Origin: an uncultured Verrucomicrobia subdivision 3 bacterium
Lineage (GTDB): Bacteria > Verrucomicrobiota > Verrucomicrobiia > Limisphaerales > UBA11358
Reading direction: 5' to 3'
Assembly: GCA_903888765.1 (NCBI GenBank)
Contig: CAISVF010000322.1
Coordinates: forward strand, 1-62,507
DNA length: 62,507 nt
The position numbers and the translations under genes were made by a program. How positions within the stretch are numbered: position 1 is the first letter of the stretch; each line of letters starts with the position of its first letter. Positions 39,853 to 51,029 of the stretch are shown here, piece after piece. The notes beneath the pieces are model-generated. The model worked only from the letters and a program-made list of their open reading frames with translations. It was not told where the DNA came from and did no database searches.

Positions 39853-41424
39853 TTACGGTTTCGCGGTATTGTCTGCGCCCGTTTTCAACGGGGTGGGGCT
39901 TTGGCGGTTACCACCAAACGCTCGGGGATCATCCTGAGCCGGCTCTTTTAATTCCATGCGCTGACGGAAAACCTCCTGCACCAAGTTGGTTTGTATCCGG
40001 GCATAAGCGGGGTCGCCGTAGATATTACGCATTTCACCGGGGTCTTTTTCGCGATCGAAAAGCTCCCAGTAATCCACGTCAGGGGCATAGAAATGCGCCA
40101 GCGTGTAATGGTCGGTAATAATACCGTAGTGCGGACGGACATGGTGGTCAGCAGGATATTCGTAATAATGATAATAAAAGGCATTGCGCCAGTCGGCGGG
40201 AGTCGTCCCCTGCAATAACGGAACGAGACTGTGCCCCTGCATCCGGTCGGGCACGGGCACCCCGGTCAGATCCAGAAAAGTTTCCGCAAAATCCAGATTG
40301 GAAACCAACGCCTTATTAACACTTCCGGCCCTGATCTGCCCCGGCCAGCGGATCAGCAAAGGGGTGCGGGCAGATTCCTGAAAAATCCACCGCTTGTCGA
40401 ACCAGCCGTGTTCGCCCAGGAAAAACCCCTGGTCAGAGGAATAGATGACCATGGTATTGGTGGCGAGGCCGGTATCATCGAGATACTTCAGGAGGCGCCC
40501 AACGTTATCATCCACACCTTTGATGCACCCCAGGTAATCGTGCATAAAGCGGTTGTACTTCCATTCGGTCAGCGCCCGGCCGGTGAGATTTTTTTTCAGG
40601 AAGGCTGCATTACGGGGAGTGTAATATGCCTCCCACACTCGCTGCTGTTCCGGCGTCAGGTCGCGCGGAACCGTGAGTTTGCAATCCTCATTTAGGCGCA
40701 TCGTTTCGGCAATGGTCATGTTCTGATCATGTTCGGCCAGGCCACGACCTGAGTAATCGTCGAACAAACTTTCCGGCAAAGCATAGGTCCGGTCGTGGTC
40801 AAAATCCAGATCCCGCAGGGCTGGCTCCCAACTGCGGTGGGGCGCCTTTTGCCAGCAGAGCAACATGAACGGTTTGGCCGGATCCCGCTGCTTCATCCAG
40901 TCCAGGGAAAGGTCCGTGATAATATCGGTCACATAACCGGGATGTTTAATCCGCTGACCATTCCGGATCAGGGTGGGGTTGTAATAAATGCCCTGGCCGG
41001 GAAGAATTTCCCAATGATCGAAGCCGGTTGGATCCGATTCCAGATGCCATTTGCCTATCACCGCGGTCTGATATCCGGCCTGCTGAAGCAGCTTTGGAAG
41101 AGTGATTTGCGAGGCGTCGAAGCGGCAATTGGAGTTGTTATAAAAGCCATTGATGTGGCTATAGGTCCCAGTGATGATCGAGGCCCGGCTCGGACCACAC
41201 AAGGCATTGTTAACCAGGCAACGGTCAAATCGCATACCCTCGCGCGCGAGGCGATCCAGATTTGGCGTCTGGATCAAATGTCGCGATTCCCCGTAGGCGC
41301 TGACTGCCTGCCAGGCGTGATCGTCGGACATAATAAATAAAATATTAGGCCGCAGAGGTGCCGCGAGCAGGGCTTCAGCCAAAAAAGCAGCCGTGGCAAT
41401 AATAACCAGGATAGGCAGTTTCAT
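39853..41424 (-). CDS. Sulfatase (S1; N-acetylglucosamine-6-sulfatase-like)
   Basis: SDDH, CGPSR, GKWHL and SDQGFFLGEHGWFDKR. Confidence 0.93.
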   Translation of the reverse strand: MKLPILVIIATAAFLAEALLAAPLRPNILFIMSDDHAWQAVSAYGESRHLIQTPNLDRLAREGMRFDRCLVNNALCGPSRASIITGTYSHINGFYNNSNCRFDASQITLPKLLQQAGYQTAVIGKWHLESDPTGFDHWEILPGQGIYYNPTLIRNGQRIKHPGYVTDIITDLSLDWMKQRDPAKPFMLLCWQKAPHRSWEPALRDLDFDHDRTYALPESLFDDYSGRGLAEHDQNMTIAETMRLNEDCKLTVPRDLTPEQQRVWEAYYTPRNAAFLKKNLTGRALTEWKYNRFMHDYLGCIKGVDDNVGRLLKYLDDTGLATNTMVIYSSDQGFFLGEHGWFDKRWIFQESARTPLLIRWPGQIRAGSVNKALVSNLDFAETFLDLTGVPVPDRMQGHSLVPLLQGTTPADWRNAFYYHYYEYPADHHVRPHYGIITDHYTLAHFYAPDVDYWELFDREKDPGEMRNIYGDPAYARIQTNLVQEVFRQRMELKEPAQDDPRAFGGNRQSPTPLKTGADNTAKP

Positions 41425-42911
41425 TTTATATTCAGGGAAGGAGAACTTGACAGGCGTCCCGGCTCTCGCCGACCGGCCCCGGGACGTTTAGTTAATCCGT
41501 CACCCAACTCCTGGCGGGCCTTTTCCGCTTCGGCAGCCAGTTGGGTTACCATAGCCGGATATCGGGCGGAAACGTCGGTGGTTTCGCCCAAGTCGTGAAC
41601 CAGATCATACAACTCGGCGGTTGCCAACTGGCGATGGGCGTAAGGAGCCGGCACCCCGTCCCGGCCTCCGGGTTTGCCACCGAGGGTTTGATAGCTATGC
41701 GGCAACTGGAGTTTCCAGCGGCCGTCACCGCTGGTGACGGCCTGCAACTGGTTGACCTCATAATAAAACCAATAGGACGAATGCGGATTTTGGGCGCCGG
41801 TCTGGCGGGCAATAATGGGCCAGACATCAAGACCATCGATTTTGTTGGGAGGCAATTCAGCCCCAACCAACCTGGCGATGGTCGGCAATAAATCAATGGT
41901 CATCAGCATATCCCAGGTATCCGCGCCGGCGGGAATTTTTCCGGGCCAGCGCATGATGCAGGGCTCGCGCGTGCCCCCCTCCCAATTCGTGCCCTTGCCC
42001 TCGCGCAAAGGTTTCGCCGAACCACCGTGGTTGCCATAGCTCAGCCACGGCCCATTGTCCGAGGTGAAAATGACCCAGGTATTCCGGTCGATACCGTTGC
42101 GCTTGAGCGCCTCTAGAATCTGCCCAACCGACCAGTCAATTTCCTCAATCACATCGCCATAGAGACCGCGCGCGCTCCGGCCCCGGAATTTTTCGCTTAC
42201 CCCGAGAGGCACATGGGGCATGCTGTGGGCGACGTAAAGAAAAAACGGATGAGCTTTGTTTTTTTCGATAAAGGCCACCGCGCGCTCCGCATACCAGGTC
42301 GTCAGCTGATTCAGGTCAGCAATGGACATTTCTTCGCGGAATTGGTTGGTCCCATCGTAAATCGGCAGATGCGGATATTCGCGTTTCATGGCCGCCATAG
42401 CGGCCGGCAGGTTAGTAATTAAATCCGGATGCCCGGGCCAATAGTCGCAGGACAACGGCAGGCCGAAATACTCATCAAACCCATGGCGCAGCGGCATGAA
42501 TTGGGGTGAATCTCCCAGGTGCCATTTACCAAATATGGCGGTGGCGTAGCCGCAGGACTTCAGCAGCTGGGCCAGCGTCACCTCATGATCGCTGATGCCA
42601 ACTTTTGTCCCGGGACCGAGAGCGCCATGAATGCCCAGCCGATTGGGGTAACAGCCGGTCAGCAAGGCACAGCGGGAAGCAGAACAGACCGGTTGGGCGA
42701 CATGAAAATTTCGAAAAACCGCACCTTCATCCGCCATCCGGTCAAGGTTTGGGGTTACAAATCCTTCGGCACCGAAGCGGCCGACATCGGCATAGCCCTG
42801 ATCATCGGTGAAAATAATGACAATGTTGGGTCTGGCATCATCCAACGGAGCAGCCATGGCCGCACTAAGCAGCCCCAGCGCCGAAAATAAAAGAGCAACC
42901 GGTTTAATCAT
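41421..42911 (-). CDS. Arylsulfatase A-like (S1)
   Basis: TDDQG, CSASR variant motif, GKWHLG and SDNGP. Confidence 0.93.
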   Translation of the reverse strand: MIKPVALLFSALGLLSAAMAAPLDDARPNIVIIFTDDQGYADVGRFGAEGFVTPNLDRMADEGAVFRNFHVAQPVCSASRCALLTGCYPNRLGIHGALGPGTKVGISDHEVTLAQLLKSCGYATAIFGKWHLGDSPQFMPLRHGFDEYFGLPLSCDYWPGHPDLITNLPAAMAAMKREYPHLPIYDGTNQFREEMSIADLNQLTTWYAERAVAFIEKNKAHPFFLYVAHSMPHVPLGVSEKFRGRSARGLYGDVIEEIDWSVGQILEALKRNGIDRNTWVIFTSDNGPWLSYGNHGGSAKPLREGKGTNWEGGTREPCIMRWPGKIPAGADTWDMLMTIDLLPTIARLVGAELPPNKIDGLDVWPIIARQTGAQNPHSSYWFYYEVNQLQAVTSGDGRWKLQLPHSYQTLGGKPGGRDGVPAPYAHRQLATAELYDLVHDLGETTDVSARYPAMVTQLAAEAEKARQELGDGLTKRPGAGRREPGRLSSSPSLNIK

Positions 42912-44430
42912 GGGTCACGGGTTTTCCATTACTGTCACGGGACAGCGGTTTTACTTTTCGCAGTTTCACCGGCACATCATTGACGGTTGATGGTCCGGCG
43001 GTGCTACGGCCATCCGCAACATATTTCTCAAGCAACCTGGTCAACTGCGCGACAATTTCGGGATGTAATTGCCATACGTTGGTCCGTTCGCCGACGTCCG
43101 GCAACAGGTCGTAGAGCTGGACCGGCGGCAATGTTTGAGCCGCCTTACTGCCTGGCTTGGGGTCACTCCAGCCACCGGAGTCGGGACACAATTCCAGCTT
43201 CCAACGCCCCTGCCGAATGGCGAAGGACCCGTTGATGGAATGAGACACGACGGCCTCATGCAGCGGTGCCGCTGCCGTGCCGAAGAAGGCCGGCAGCAAA
43301 CTGACGCTATCCTCCCCGGCATTAGCGGGCAGCTTTACCTCCAATAGATCCGCACAGGTGGCCAGCAAATCCACCAGGCACACCAGCTGGTCACTGCGGG
43401 ATCCCGCTTTGACCCGATCCGGCCAGCGCACCAGAAAAGGGATGCGATGTCCGCCATCCCAAATATCCGCTTTATAGCCACGCCGCTCCGCACTGGGAAA
43501 ATGACCCTGCTGTTCCAAATCAGCAACCCCAATATAAGGAGCACACCCGTTGTCGCTGGCCAGCATCACGAGCGTGTTCCCGGCTACCCCATGACTTTCC
43601 AACGCGGTTAAAACTTCACCGACAGCCCAGTCGGTTTCCATGACAAAATCGCCGTAGTCACCGAGTCCGCTCCGGCCTTGCCATTCCTTGGTAGGCACCA
43701 GCGGTGTATGCGGTGCCGTGAGGGGCAGATATAGAAAAAAAGGCTGTTTCGCTATCGCGCTGGCCCCAATAAAAAGACCAGCCTTGCGCACCAGTTCCGG
43801 CAGCACGTCCACCGCCTCAAAGTCCGGGGCGGCAATCCCGGATCGAACCCACTTTTTAGTGACGCCGGGGAATTGGGTAAAATGATTGTTTTCCACATAA
43901 GCAAACGGCGGCATATCGGCCGAGGCCGCAATTCCAAAAAAATAATCAAACCCGTGCGTGGTGGGGCCGTCGGCAATTAGCCCGGCATAGTCGGGCTTGC
44001 CGTCCTTTTTGGCATACGTCAAGCCAAGGTGCCATTTACCAATGCAAGCGGTGTGATATCCGTGTCGGCTGAGCAATTCAGGAACCGTGAGGCGCCCCGG
44101 TGCGATCAGCGGCGGACTGAATCCTTCCAGCACACCGGATTGCAGACGCGAGCGCCAATTGTAACGACCAGTTAGAATGCTATAACGGCTGGGAGTGCAA
44201 ACGGCCGAACTGGAATGCGCTTCACTGAAGATCATGCCCTGGCTCGCCAGCCGGTCCAGACATGGCGTAGCAATTTTACCACGGGAGGGATTCAAACAAT
44301 GTATGTCCCCGTAGCCCAGGTCGTCTGCTAGAATAAACACGAGATTGGGCCGCTTCACGGCTTCTGCGATCGCCGGCAAACAGCCGGCCAGGAACAGCAG
44401 TAAAATAATATTCCGGAGGAGACCTTTCAT
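42904..44430 (-). CDS. Arylsulfatase (S1)
   Basis: ADDLG, CTPSR, GKWHLG and SDNG. Confidence 0.93.
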   Translation of the reverse strand: MKGLLRNIILLLFLAGCLPAIAEAVKRPNLVFILADDLGYGDIHCLNPSRGKIATPCLDRLASQGMIFSEAHSSSAVCTPSRYSILTGRYNWRSRLQSGVLEGFSPPLIAPGRLTVPELLSRHGYHTACIGKWHLGLTYAKKDGKPDYAGLIADGPTTHGFDYFFGIAASADMPPFAYVENNHFTQFPGVTKKWVRSGIAAPDFEAVDVLPELVRKAGLFIGASAIAKQPFFLYLPLTAPHTPLVPTKEWQGRSGLGDYGDFVMETDWAVGEVLTALESHGVAGNTLVMLASDNGCAPYIGVADLEQQGHFPSAERRGYKADIWDGGHRIPFLVRWPDRVKAGSRSDQLVCLVDLLATCADLLEVKLPANAGEDSVSLLPAFFGTAAAPLHEAVVSHSINGSFAIRQGRWKLELCPDSGGWSDPKPGSKAAQTLPPVQLYDLLPDVGERTNVWQLHPEIVAQLTRLLEKYVADGRSTAGPSTVNDVPVKLRKVKPLSRDSNGKPVTHD

Positions 44431-45769
44431 GGTTTCACGGCCGGTTTTGCTTTAAGCTGGCGAGGCGAATCCGGCCAGAGTGGATTGGGCACATGCTCGC
44501 GCTGCAGAATATTATCGAGCCGCCGGACCACCTCCGGATTTTTGGTGGCAACGTCGTGCGCTTCCGCAGCATCCTTGGCCAGGTCATAAAGTTCCAGTGG
44601 TTCTCCGAGCCCGTTGCGCACGCCCTTCCAATCGCCCATCCGGACGGCTTGGATGAATGGCCCCTCATGCAATTCCCAATAAAAAATTCGCGTGCCAGCG
44701 TATCGCCTTTGAGCAATGCCGGAATAATGGAGAGGCCATCGGTTTTCACCTTAGCCGGCAGCGGCTGATGGATCAGCTCAGACACGGTCGGCAGAAAATC
44801 ATAAAATGCCCACGGCGTGGAATTCACGACGCCAGCGGGGATCTGATGTGGCCAGCGCGCCACCATGGGCACCCGCAATCCGCCTTCATACATCGTGCGC
44901 TTGATGCCGCGAAAGGGACCGTTACTATGGAAGGTTTTGAGCACGCCAGGATTATCAGCCCCCTGATCACTGCTGAAAAACACCAGCGTCTGGTCATCGA
45001 TTTTCAATTCCTGAAGCAGGGCCATAATCTGTCCGATGCTCGCGTCCATACGAGTGAGCATCGCGGCATATTTTTTCTGCGCGTCAGGCCACGGTGCGTT
45101 CGTATAGGGGCCCAAGTCCGGCACTTCAAAAAGCGGATGGGGAATGGTGAAAGGCACATAGAGAAAGAAGCGTTCCTTGGCGTGGGCTCGCAACCACGCT
45201 AGCGCTTCGCCGGCGATGAAATCATGCGCATACGTTTTCCCATCAAGCGGAATCCGTTCGTGATTGCGCCAGAGGTGGTTGGGATAATAGTGATGAGCTT
45301 CTCGCTGGCAGTTGTAACCGAAGAAGGTATCAAAACCCATCCGGTCTGGTGCGCCGGAGGAATCAACAAAACCCAGTCCCCACTTGCCGAACGCCGCCGT
45401 GGCATAGCCGGCATTTTTGCACAGTTGAGCGACCGTGAAGGTTCCTGCCGGCAGCGGCTCCTGGCCTTCCGGCGCCAGTTCACGATTCGCGCGAATGGCC
45501 GCATGACCAATGTGCCGACCGGTCATCAGCGCGCAGCGCGAGGGAGCACATACGGTCGTGCCCGCATAAGCCTGGGTGAACCGTATGCCTTCGGCAGCCA
45601 GGCGGTCTAGATTGGGCGTCTGGATCCATTTCTGGCCATAGCAACCGGCGTCGCCAATGCCCATGTCATCAGCGAGAATAAAAATAATGTTCGGCTTGGG
45701 AGTCCCTCCAGCCAAACCGTTAAGCGAGGCAAGGCACAGGACAGCCCAAAGCTGGAAGGTCTTTCGCAT
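44427..45769 (-). pseudogene. Arylsulfatase with a 1-nt frameshift near the C-terminus
   Basis: CAPSR and GKWGLG are present. REFF|YWELHEG...VRMGDWKG...ELYDL continues in a different frame at the A6 run 44681-44686. Confidence 0.8.
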
Positions 45770-45918
45770 AGTGTTCTAGTTCATGGTTCAATCTTTGCGT
45801 TGCTTAACCCAACCTGAGGCACAATCAATTTTGCAGACCGGCTGGGACGGGGTGGCTAATTTAGCCAACCGAACACGCCGGACACGCCCCCATTTTTAAT
45901 AACCCAATAATGTCCTTT

Positions 45919-47184
45919 TCATGGGTAACTGCTGCTGGTTGCATTAGTGCCAAGGCGAGTTTGGTACCGCTCCAGATCCCGGCGCAATTCATTTTTTTTG
46001 GCACTTTCAGTCGTCAAAACAACGGCCTGCTCCAGATACTTCAAGCCTTCATCCATCCGGCCAGTTACAAACAACGCGCGAGCGTAGGTCTCCAGCACAT
46101 CCGGATTCTTCCCGCCAGAAGCAGCAAACGCGGCTTGGGCAAATTTAAGCGCCAGCTTCGCGTTGCGCGTTTTGATATTCTCATCGGTGAGCAATGTCCA
46201 TGCGATTTCGTTCTGCGCATCCACATCAGCAGATTCAACCAATTCCAGCCGGCGCGCCAACTCCTCCACGCGCGCTGCGGGATCACGGCCAGTCACGGCC
46301 CGATAATACGCTTGAAAGGTCCGCTGCAATCCCAAGTGGTCACGATAATCTCCAAACTTAAAACCCGCCGGTGCCAGCGGCGCCGCTTCCAGCTCCAATC
46401 CGGCCAACTCAGCGGCAGATTTCCCCATGGCGGCCGCGCGCTGGTAAGCACGCATTAAACTTTGAAAACGCACACTGCGACGCAGCTCGGCAAGATCAAG
46501 CTTGCGTCCGGGCTCGATGCCATCCAGTTGCTGGTCAAGGGCACGAAGTTTTTCCGCCATGGCGTCGAGTAGCGCCGCATCCGCACCACTGGCGGCAGCT
46601 TCCGTAAAATCCCGCAACAGCTTGCCGGCTTCCGCGCGTTTACTGTCAGCCGGATTATCAACGCCGTATGCGGACGCCAATTTTTCCAATTCCTTCTCCA
46701 AGTCACCCTGCGGATGCCCAACCCACGCCACGCGGCCTGCACGGTCCACAATAAACGCACAGGGAATACCATTCTGCCCGTAGGCTTTCATGTAGCCGTC
46801 CGAAGTCTGACGGTTATTATCCACAGCCACGGCATAATCCATTTTCGCGCCCATTTGATCAACAAACGGCCGCACTTTTGCGCTGTCCTCGTCACTCACG
46901 CCAACGAAAACCACCCCCCGCCCGGCAAATTTTTTTGCCAGCCCAGTCAGGTGTGGAATGCTATCTTTGCAGGGGCCGCACCAGGTCGCCCAAAATTCCA
47001 CCACCACAATTTTCTTTCCTTTCACCGCCTCAAGGCTGACCGCTTCCCCTTTGATCCACTCGGCAATCTGCAACGGGGCGGCAGGATCGCCAATTTGCGC
47101 AGCCGACGATCGATGGGAAGCAGCCAACAATAAAGCAAGGGCCACCAGCAGTGGGAAAAAATCTATCTTCATAAAATCAATCAT
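45919..47184 (-). CDS. TlpA-family thioredoxin/disulfide reductase with C-terminal TPR-like repeats
   Basis: Signal peptide, VEFWATWCGPC, GIPCAFIVD and NEIAW...LETYARALF. Confidence 0.85.
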   Translation of the reverse strand: MIDFMKIDFFPLLVALALLLAASHRSSAAQIGDPAAPLQIAEWIKGEAVSLEAVKGKKIVVVEFWATWCGPCKDSIPHLTGLAKKFAGRGVVFVGVSDEDSAKVRPFVDQMGAKMDYAVAVDNNRQTSDGYMKAYGQNGIPCAFIVDRAGRVAWVGHPQGDLEKELEKLASAYGVDNPADSKRAEAGKLLRDFTEAAASGADAALLDAMAEKLRALDQQLDGIEPGRKLDLAELRRSVRFQSLMRAYQRAAAMGKSAAELAGLELEAAPLAPAGFKFGDYRDHLGLQRTFQAYYRAVTGRDPAARVEELARRLELVESADVDAQNEIAWTLLTDENIKTRNAKLALKFAQAAFAASGGKNPDVLETYARALFVTGRMDEGLKYLEQAVVLTTESAKKNELRRDLERYQTRLGTNATSSSYP

Positions 47185-47191
47185 CCCACAT

Positions 47192-50100
47192 TTATCGGAC
47201 CAGCTGCCACCATTTCTGCGCCACAGCGGCCAAATCCGGAGGATTGGAGGGCGCCTGTCCCCCCCGGAAAAAGGCCAATTCGAGCTCTTCAATTTGGCCT
47301 TTCAATGCCTGCTTCGCCGGCTCGTCCAACCGGCCGGAAGCCTCGCGCTGGAGCCGACGCAGAAACGCAACGACGGAGAACGGCGTGATTTGCGCCGGCA
47401 TCTCCAAGGCGTTCGCGGAGGCTTGCGTTAAACCCGATCGAGCCCGCAACCGTAACCAGGCACCCAGAGTGATGCCCCCCAGCACGAACACAATGAAGGC
47501 ATTTCGCAGCCCCCGGTTTACCGTACTCTTCAACACCACGCCGGCCACCGCCTGGTTCGCATCCAATTTGATCAGGTCCGCATCCTGATAGTGCTGATAC
47601 TCCACGCTCGCGGCAAAGATGCCCGATTTCAGGACCGGAAATTTCAGCACGGCGTCACCGCGCAAATCCTTTCTGCGCTGGTAGGTAAACTGCCAGTTGC
47701 GGTCCGCCTGCGCCTGCGCGACTTTCCCATCGGCAGAAAATTCCGCCACCGAAACTCCATTGTCAGTCACTTCACAATCAAAGCCGGCCTGCGCAAAATC
47801 AAACAGCTGCCCGTGCGCCGGAATGACGCCACGCCCCTTGGCCGAAACCTCCACCACCACGCGGCCATCCCGCACCCATTCACGCTCGTCCATCGTCAAC
47901 GTCAGGGCCAGGCCAGGACACGGACGGGGCGCCGAGTCCGCCTCCCGGGCATCAATGGATTCCAGCTGTGAGCGCACCGGCAGGACCACCTGGCCGGAAG
48001 TGTCACTGAAATCCATATCCAACTGGACCGACGGGATGCGATCCACGGCAGCCTCCTTGGCGCGCAACATGAGATAAGCCAGCGGAGTTGCCTGCCAGCC
48101 TTCGCGAGGCAGATCCAGGGCATGCACTTCGGGGCTGGCAAACGTAATGGAAATGATTTCAAAAGTCTCATCCAGGGCGCCGTGGATATTCCGGGCAAAA
48201 TTGTCACGATAATTTGCAGCCGGATTGCCCGCCGCCTGAAGCCCCACCTGCCGCTGAACCGGGGCGTTCTGCAAATACTTGGCGAAACCGCCGCCTTCGC
48301 GCGCAATCTGGCGCGTGTGCTCAAGGGTCAAGGCGAGGCCAAACGGCTGGGCATGCCCCACGCGCGCCGGACCGTCCACGGTCGCCCGCAACAGCACCTC
48401 GTCAAGCAGCTCCTGATAATTTTTCAGCGATGCCTGGGCCACCTTTGCACTGGGGTGATTGGCGCCGACCACCTGCAATCCGGCGCTTAAAAAGTTCTGC
48501 CGCAAGTTGCCTGGAACCTGGGACAGCAAGCTGCCCAACATTTCGCCGAATTTCTGCAGATGCCCCGCCGCCGCCGCCCCGGGCAAAGCGCGCATCGCAT
48601 CGCCAATTTGCGAGAGGCCGGGGTCGGAACGCGCCGCAGAACGAGTCAGCTGCGATAAATCACTGGCTCCCAGCATCACGATAAACCACATCTGATAGGG
48701 CTCCAAAGTCCACTGGCCGCGCGCCAGGTACGGCACCTTGGCCGCATATATCTGAGCCGCCTGACGATAGCTAGCAAAAGCCTCGTCACGCAGGCTGACG
48801 TATTCCGTGAGCTTCACCTGCCGGGCAAACTCAAATTCTGACGCATCAAAAAACAACTGGCCGCGAACGAGGTATTGCTGCCACTCAGCGTCCTTTTCCG
48901 TAAGACCTTTTTTAACCAACGCAATTGCGGTACGGTAACCGCGTGAAACCTCGTCTTTAGCCTCCTGCTCGGTGCGGTTAGCCCCGGCATCCTGCTGCAC
49001 CTTCGGATCCTGCCACTGCTCATGCAGCTTCGTTCTCATTCCAGTGACAAGCTGCATCAACTCGGCGCGGCTCATTTTTTCTGCCGGCCCGAAAATCGCC
49101 GCGATATCCTCAGCGCGATATACCTCGGCACCGCTGTGGATAGCCATGAAACCCTGGACCACCGAGGCTGGCGCGAGCGGTTCCGGCGACAAGGGGCGCA
49201 GCGCCGTAAGCAAATTTTTGTAGTCAGCGACGTTTTTATTCTGGCGCAGACGCGTCAGTGGGATGCCACCGCCCGCCGGCTGCTGACGCGAAATCTGGTA
49301 GCCGAGATTTCGCATGCGGATGATGTTCGGGTCTTCCGGCGGCACGCTGCGCTTCTTGACCCAAGCGCCCAGGTAATCCTGACACAATTCCTTTTCCTGG
49401 CCGGGATGATCCTTTAAATACGCGGCGAGCGTAGCCAGCGTTTCCGGCTCCTTGGGATCCAGCAAGTTCGCCTTGAGCAAGGTCAGATTCACGCGCTGCG
49501 ACAATCCTTCGTTTAAGCGGCGGATAAGGGCCGGCGTTGGCGCATTGGCAAGAATAACCTCGGCCTTGAGCACCTTGGCCTGATTCCGCTGGCGGTTGTA
49601 ATAATAGCTTGAGGAGCGGAAAACAAACGGGTTATCCAACGCATCCTCCTGATCGGCAGCGTCCGGCTTACCCGAGCGATAAGTTGTCTCAGCCTCATTC
49701 AGCCAGTTCATCACCAGAACATTGGCTGATGCCGGCAGCGCGCTTTTGCGCCCGGCAAGAACCCGCATGAGAATGCTCTGGGTAGCCAGGCTTTGTCCGC
49801 GCAGGTTGAGATCGGTGCCCCGCAGCGCCTGCTGGCCGGATTCACCCAGCACCAGAATGAGGTCATTGAGAATCAGCGGCTGCGTGAGAAAGTTCTCGCG
49901 AATGAGCTGCTCTGCCTCGGCAGCTTCCAAAGCCGGCAGCAGCTTCACAAACCGGTCGGTGGCCTGCCGGAAAAGCCCTTTATCATCCGCCCCGAAACGG
50001 CTGGTCTGCATCATAAACGCACATAATTCCGCCGCCCCCTTGAGCTGGCGCTCGTCCCGCTGCTGAATACCCGTCTGCGTGAAATACTCCATCGCCAGGA

Positions 50101-50992
50101 CCAGCGAAAGCGTATCCGCCTGTTCCCACTCCTCGCGCTTGAGCGGCAAATAAGGACCGGCATCGGCAATCCAATCCAGCGACGACAACAGCTGAGCCGC
50201 CAACTGACGGCCTGACGACGCAGAGCCGCCAAACCCTTTTAAGCCATGACTCAGCCGCGAGAGGAATTCATTTTTGCCCGCGCTACCCACGGCAATTTTT
50301 ACCAGAGCAGAAAGCTGCGGTAAATTTGCCGGGTCCAGATTACCCGGAGCCGCCGCCACCAAAGCGTAAAAATCCTGCTCCAGCAATAAACTAGCCGATT
50401 TTCTAGCCGACCGGTTCGCGGGCGTCTGCGGGTCGCCACCATCGCCCACATCCATCGCCATGGACGACGAAGGCGCGGCGGCCGACTGTTGATAAAATTG
50501 AGCTGCCGATTGCGAATTGCCGGCAAGGGCGGCAAGCAACCGAGCATACGCTTCCTTAGCCTCACCGGGCGGCAGGATTTGCAGGGCATTACTGACCGAA
50601 ACCCAGTCACCCAGCAATACGGCGAAGCGAAAACGCTCCGCCTCGGTTGGCGGGGCACCCGACTGCTGTGATTTCACGACCTCCAGCAAAGCCTCCGGAG
50701 TACGGTCAAATTTCATCCGGCTTACGGCCTCAGCAAAGGTCTTCGGCGGGGCGGCTGATTCCTCGCCGGCGGGGTTATTAGTGGCGCGGGCAGCCCGGCG
50801 CTGCTCGACCAACGCCCGGATTTCCTCCGGCGACAGCGAGCGGCGAGGGCTGGCTCCGACCATCGGCATCGCAGTCATCGCCGGAACTGCGACTGGCACC
50901 GGCGGGCTGGTCTGCGCCCGGGCGCCCGGAATGACGAACCAGGCCAAGGCTAACCCGAGGCACTGAGGCCGCAAATAAAATGGCGTCTTCAT
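47192..50992 (-). CDS. Large exported hypothetical protein with a C-terminal TM helix (BatD-like position)
   Basis: Long ORF with signal peptide, a helical body and a C-terminal TM segment, within the MoxR/vWA operon. Confidence 0.7.
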   Translation of the reverse strand: MKTPFYLRPQCLGLALAWFVIPGARAQTSPPVPVAVPAMTAMPMVGASPRRSLSPEEIRALVEQRRAARATNNPAGEESAAPPKTFAEAVSRMKFDRTPEALLEVVKSQQSGAPPTEAERFRFAVLLGDWVSVSNALQILPPGEAKEAYARLLAALAGNSQSAAQFYQQSAAAPSSSMAMDVGDGGDPQTPANRSARKSASLLLEQDFYALVAAAPGNLDPANLPQLSALVKIAVGSAGKNEFLSRLSHGLKGFGGSASSGRQLAAQLLSSLDWIADAGPYLPLKREEWEQADTLSLVLAMEYFTQTGIQQRDERQLKGAAELCAFMMQTSRFGADDKGLFRQATDRFVKLLPALEAAEAEQLIRENFLTQPLILNDLILVLGESGQQALRGTDLNLRGQSLATQSILMRVLAGRKSALPASANVLVMNWLNEAETTYRSGKPDAADQEDALDNPFVFRSSSYYYNRQRNQAKVLKAEVILANAPTPALIRRLNEGLSQRVNLTLLKANLLDPKEPETLATLAAYLKDHPGQEKELCQDYLGAWVKKRSVPPEDPNIIRMRNLGYQISRQQPAGGGIPLTRLRQNKNVADYKNLLTALRPLSPEPLAPASVVQGFMAIHSGAEVYRAEDIAAIFGPAEKMSRAELMQLVTGMRTKLHEQWQDPKVQQDAGANRTEQEAKDEVSRGYRTAIALVKKGLTEKDAEWQQYLVRGQLFFDASEFEFARQVKLTEYVSLRDEAFASYRQAAQIYAAKVPYLARGQWTLEPYQMWFIVMLGASDLSQLTRSAARSDPGLSQIGDAMRALPGAAAAGHLQKFGEMLGSLLSQVPGNLRQNFLSAGLQVVGANHPSAKVAQASLKNYQELLDEVLLRATVDGPARVGHAQPFGLALTLEHTRQIAREGGGFAKYLQNAPVQRQVGLQAAGNPAANYRDNFARNIHGALDETFEIISITFASPEVHALDLPREGWQATPLAYLMLRAKEAAVDRIPSVQLDMDFSDTSGQVVLPVRSQLESIDAREADSAPRPCPGLALTLTMDEREWVRDGRVVVEVSAKGRGVIPAHGQLFDFAQAGFDCEVTDNGVSVAEFSADGKVAQAQADRNWQFTYQRRKDLRGDAVLKFPVLKSGIFAASVEYQHYQDADLIKLDANQAVAGVVLKSTVNRGLRNAFIVFVLGGITLGAWLRLRARSGLTQASANALEMPAQITPFSVVAFLRRLQREASGRLDEPAKQALKGQIEELELAFFRGGQAPSNPPDLAAVAQKWWQLVR

Positions 50993-51029
50993 AAAATATT
51001 TTCTCAAAGTTTGGCTGCAAATTAACAAA

